Source of the DNA: Methanocaldococcus jannaschii DSM 2661
GTDB taxonomy: Archaea > AGJL01 > Methanococci > Methanococcales > Methanocaldococcaceae
Direction of reading: 5' to 3'
Length of the DNA: 32,000 nucleotides
Assembly: GCF_000091665.1 (NCBI RefSeq)
Contig: NC_000909.1
Coordinates: 413,581-445,580, forward strand
Below the pieces are notes generated by a model. It saw only the letters and a list, made by a program, of their open reading frames with translations. It did not search any database and was not told the origin of the DNA. Within the stretch, counting starts at the first letter, position 1. Every line of letters starts with the position of its first letter. Below, piece after piece: positions 30,977-32,000 of the stretch. The position numbers and the translations under genes are program-made.

Positions 30977-32000
30977 ATGGATTTCTTATTTGAGAACAGC
31001 TGGAAAGCAGTTTGTCCCTACAATCCAAAGTTGGATTTAAAGGACATTTATATTTATGACACAACCCTAAGAGATGGAGAGCAAACCCCAGGAGTTTGCT
31101 TTACCAAAGAACAAAAATTGGAGATTGCAAGGAAGTTGGATGAACTTGGATTAAAGCAGATTGAAGCTGGCTTCCCAATAGTATCTGAAAGAGAAGCAGA
31201 TATAGTTAAAACAATTGCTAATGAAGGGCTAAATGCTGATATCTTAGCTTTATGCAGGGCTTTAAAGAAAGATATAGATAAAGCAATAGAGTGCGATGTA
31301 GATGGGATTATTACCTTCATAGCAACATCTCCTCTCCACTTAAAATATAAATTCAACAACAAAAGCTTAGATGAAATATTAGAGATGGGAGTTGAGGCAG
31401 TTGAGTATGCAAAGGAACATGGCTTATTTGTTGCTTTCTCTGCAGAGGATGCGACAAGAACACCAATAGAGGACTTGATTAAAGTGCATAAAGCCGCTGA
31501 AGAGGCTGGAGCAGATAGGGTTCATATAGCAGACACAACTGGCTGTGCTACCCCCCAAAGTATGGAGTTTATATGTAAAACATTGAAGGAGAACTTAAAA
31601 AAGGCACATATTGGAGTGCATTGTCACAACGACTTTGGATTTGCAGTTATAAATTCAATATATGGTTTAATTGGAGGAGCTAAGGCAGTTTCAACAACAG
31701 TTAATGGTATTGGAGAGAGGGCAGGGAATGCAGCTTTAGAAGAGCTAATTATGGCTTTAACTGTCTTGTATGATGTTGATTTGGGATTAAACTTGGAGGT
31801 TCTTCCAGAGTTATGCAGAATGGTTGAGGAATACTCTGGAATAAAGATGCCAAAGAACAAACCAATAGTTGGAGAGCTTGTATTTGCTCATGAAAGTGGA
31901 ATTCACGTTGATGCTGTCATAGAGAATCCATTAACCTATGAACCCTTCCTTCCAGAGAAAATAGGGCTTAAGAGAAATATTTTGTTAGGGAAGCATTCTG
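30977..32000 (+). CDS. aksA: Homocitrate synthase/isopropylmalate synthase family (probable AksA), 3' truncated by window
   Basis: My translation: MDFLFENSWKAVCPYNPKLDLKDIYIYDTTLRDGEQTPGVCFTKEQKLEIARKLDELGLKQIEAGFP...HIADTTGCATPQSM...GVHCHNDFGFAVINS...NGIGERAGNAALEELIMAL. Missing from the ORF track because it runs off the end. Confidence 0.85.
   Translation, partial: MDFLFENSWKAVCPYNPKLDLKDIYIYDTTLRDGEQTPGVCFTKEQKLEIARKLDELGLKQIEAGFPIVSEREADIVKTIANEGLNADILALCRALKKDIDKAIECDVDGIITFIATSPLHLKYKFNNKSLDEILEMGVEAVEYAKEHGLFVAFSAEDATRTPIEDLIKVHKAAEEAGADRVHIADTTGCATPQSMEFICKTLKENLKKAHIGVHCHNDFGFAVINSIYGLIGGAKAVSTTVNGIGERAGNAALEELIMALTVLYDVDLGLNLEVLPELCRMVEEYSGIKMPKNKPIVGELVFAHESGIHVDAVIENPLTYEPFLPEKIGLKRNILLGKHS

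Noticed and set aside
31054-31860. Minus-strand ORFs 31054-31362 and 31624-31860
   Set aside because: Antisense to the clear homocitrate/isopropylmalate synthase family CDS at 30977-32000.

Overview
This window is a Methanocaldococcus-type (M. jannaschii-like) archaeal chromosome segment. It opens with the 3' part of the archaeal spc-type ribosomal operon (uL14 to uL15, then secY, adkA and a DUF106/EMC3-like gene), including a 53-aa uS14 gene that the supplied ORF track misses. Next come a NYN-domain gene, a zinc-ribbon gene, a Dph2 family gene, cobyric acid synthase (cobQ), a TtcA/TtuA-like PP-loop enzyme, and a 15-repeat CRISPR array with no cas genes nearby. The rest holds a radical SAM gene, pheS, hcgB and hcgC (FeGP cofactor), a malate/lactate dehydrogenase gene, nadC, the RNase P Pop5 gene, selB, hjc, methanogenesis marker 6, leuC, DUF364 and DUF2119 genes, aroA, and a truncated aksA/leuA-family gene. 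The most interesting non-coding structure is the leuC/DUF364 intergenic region (27522-27952). It holds two homologous nested-palindrome elements of about 108-110 bp in opposite orientation. Each has 16-17 bp terminal inverted repeats and a central GAACGCCTTC hairpin. They flank a canonical C/D box guide sRNA (C-guide-D'-C'-guide-D with a 9-bp terminal stem) and a partial duplicate of one of its C/D units. A third element of the same architecture (106 bp) lies between secY and adkA, and a probable solo end lies at about 17124-17150. The cobQ leader contains an 18-bp hairpin followed by 174 nt with no G on the + strand. All calls are from reading the sequence; no searches were run.
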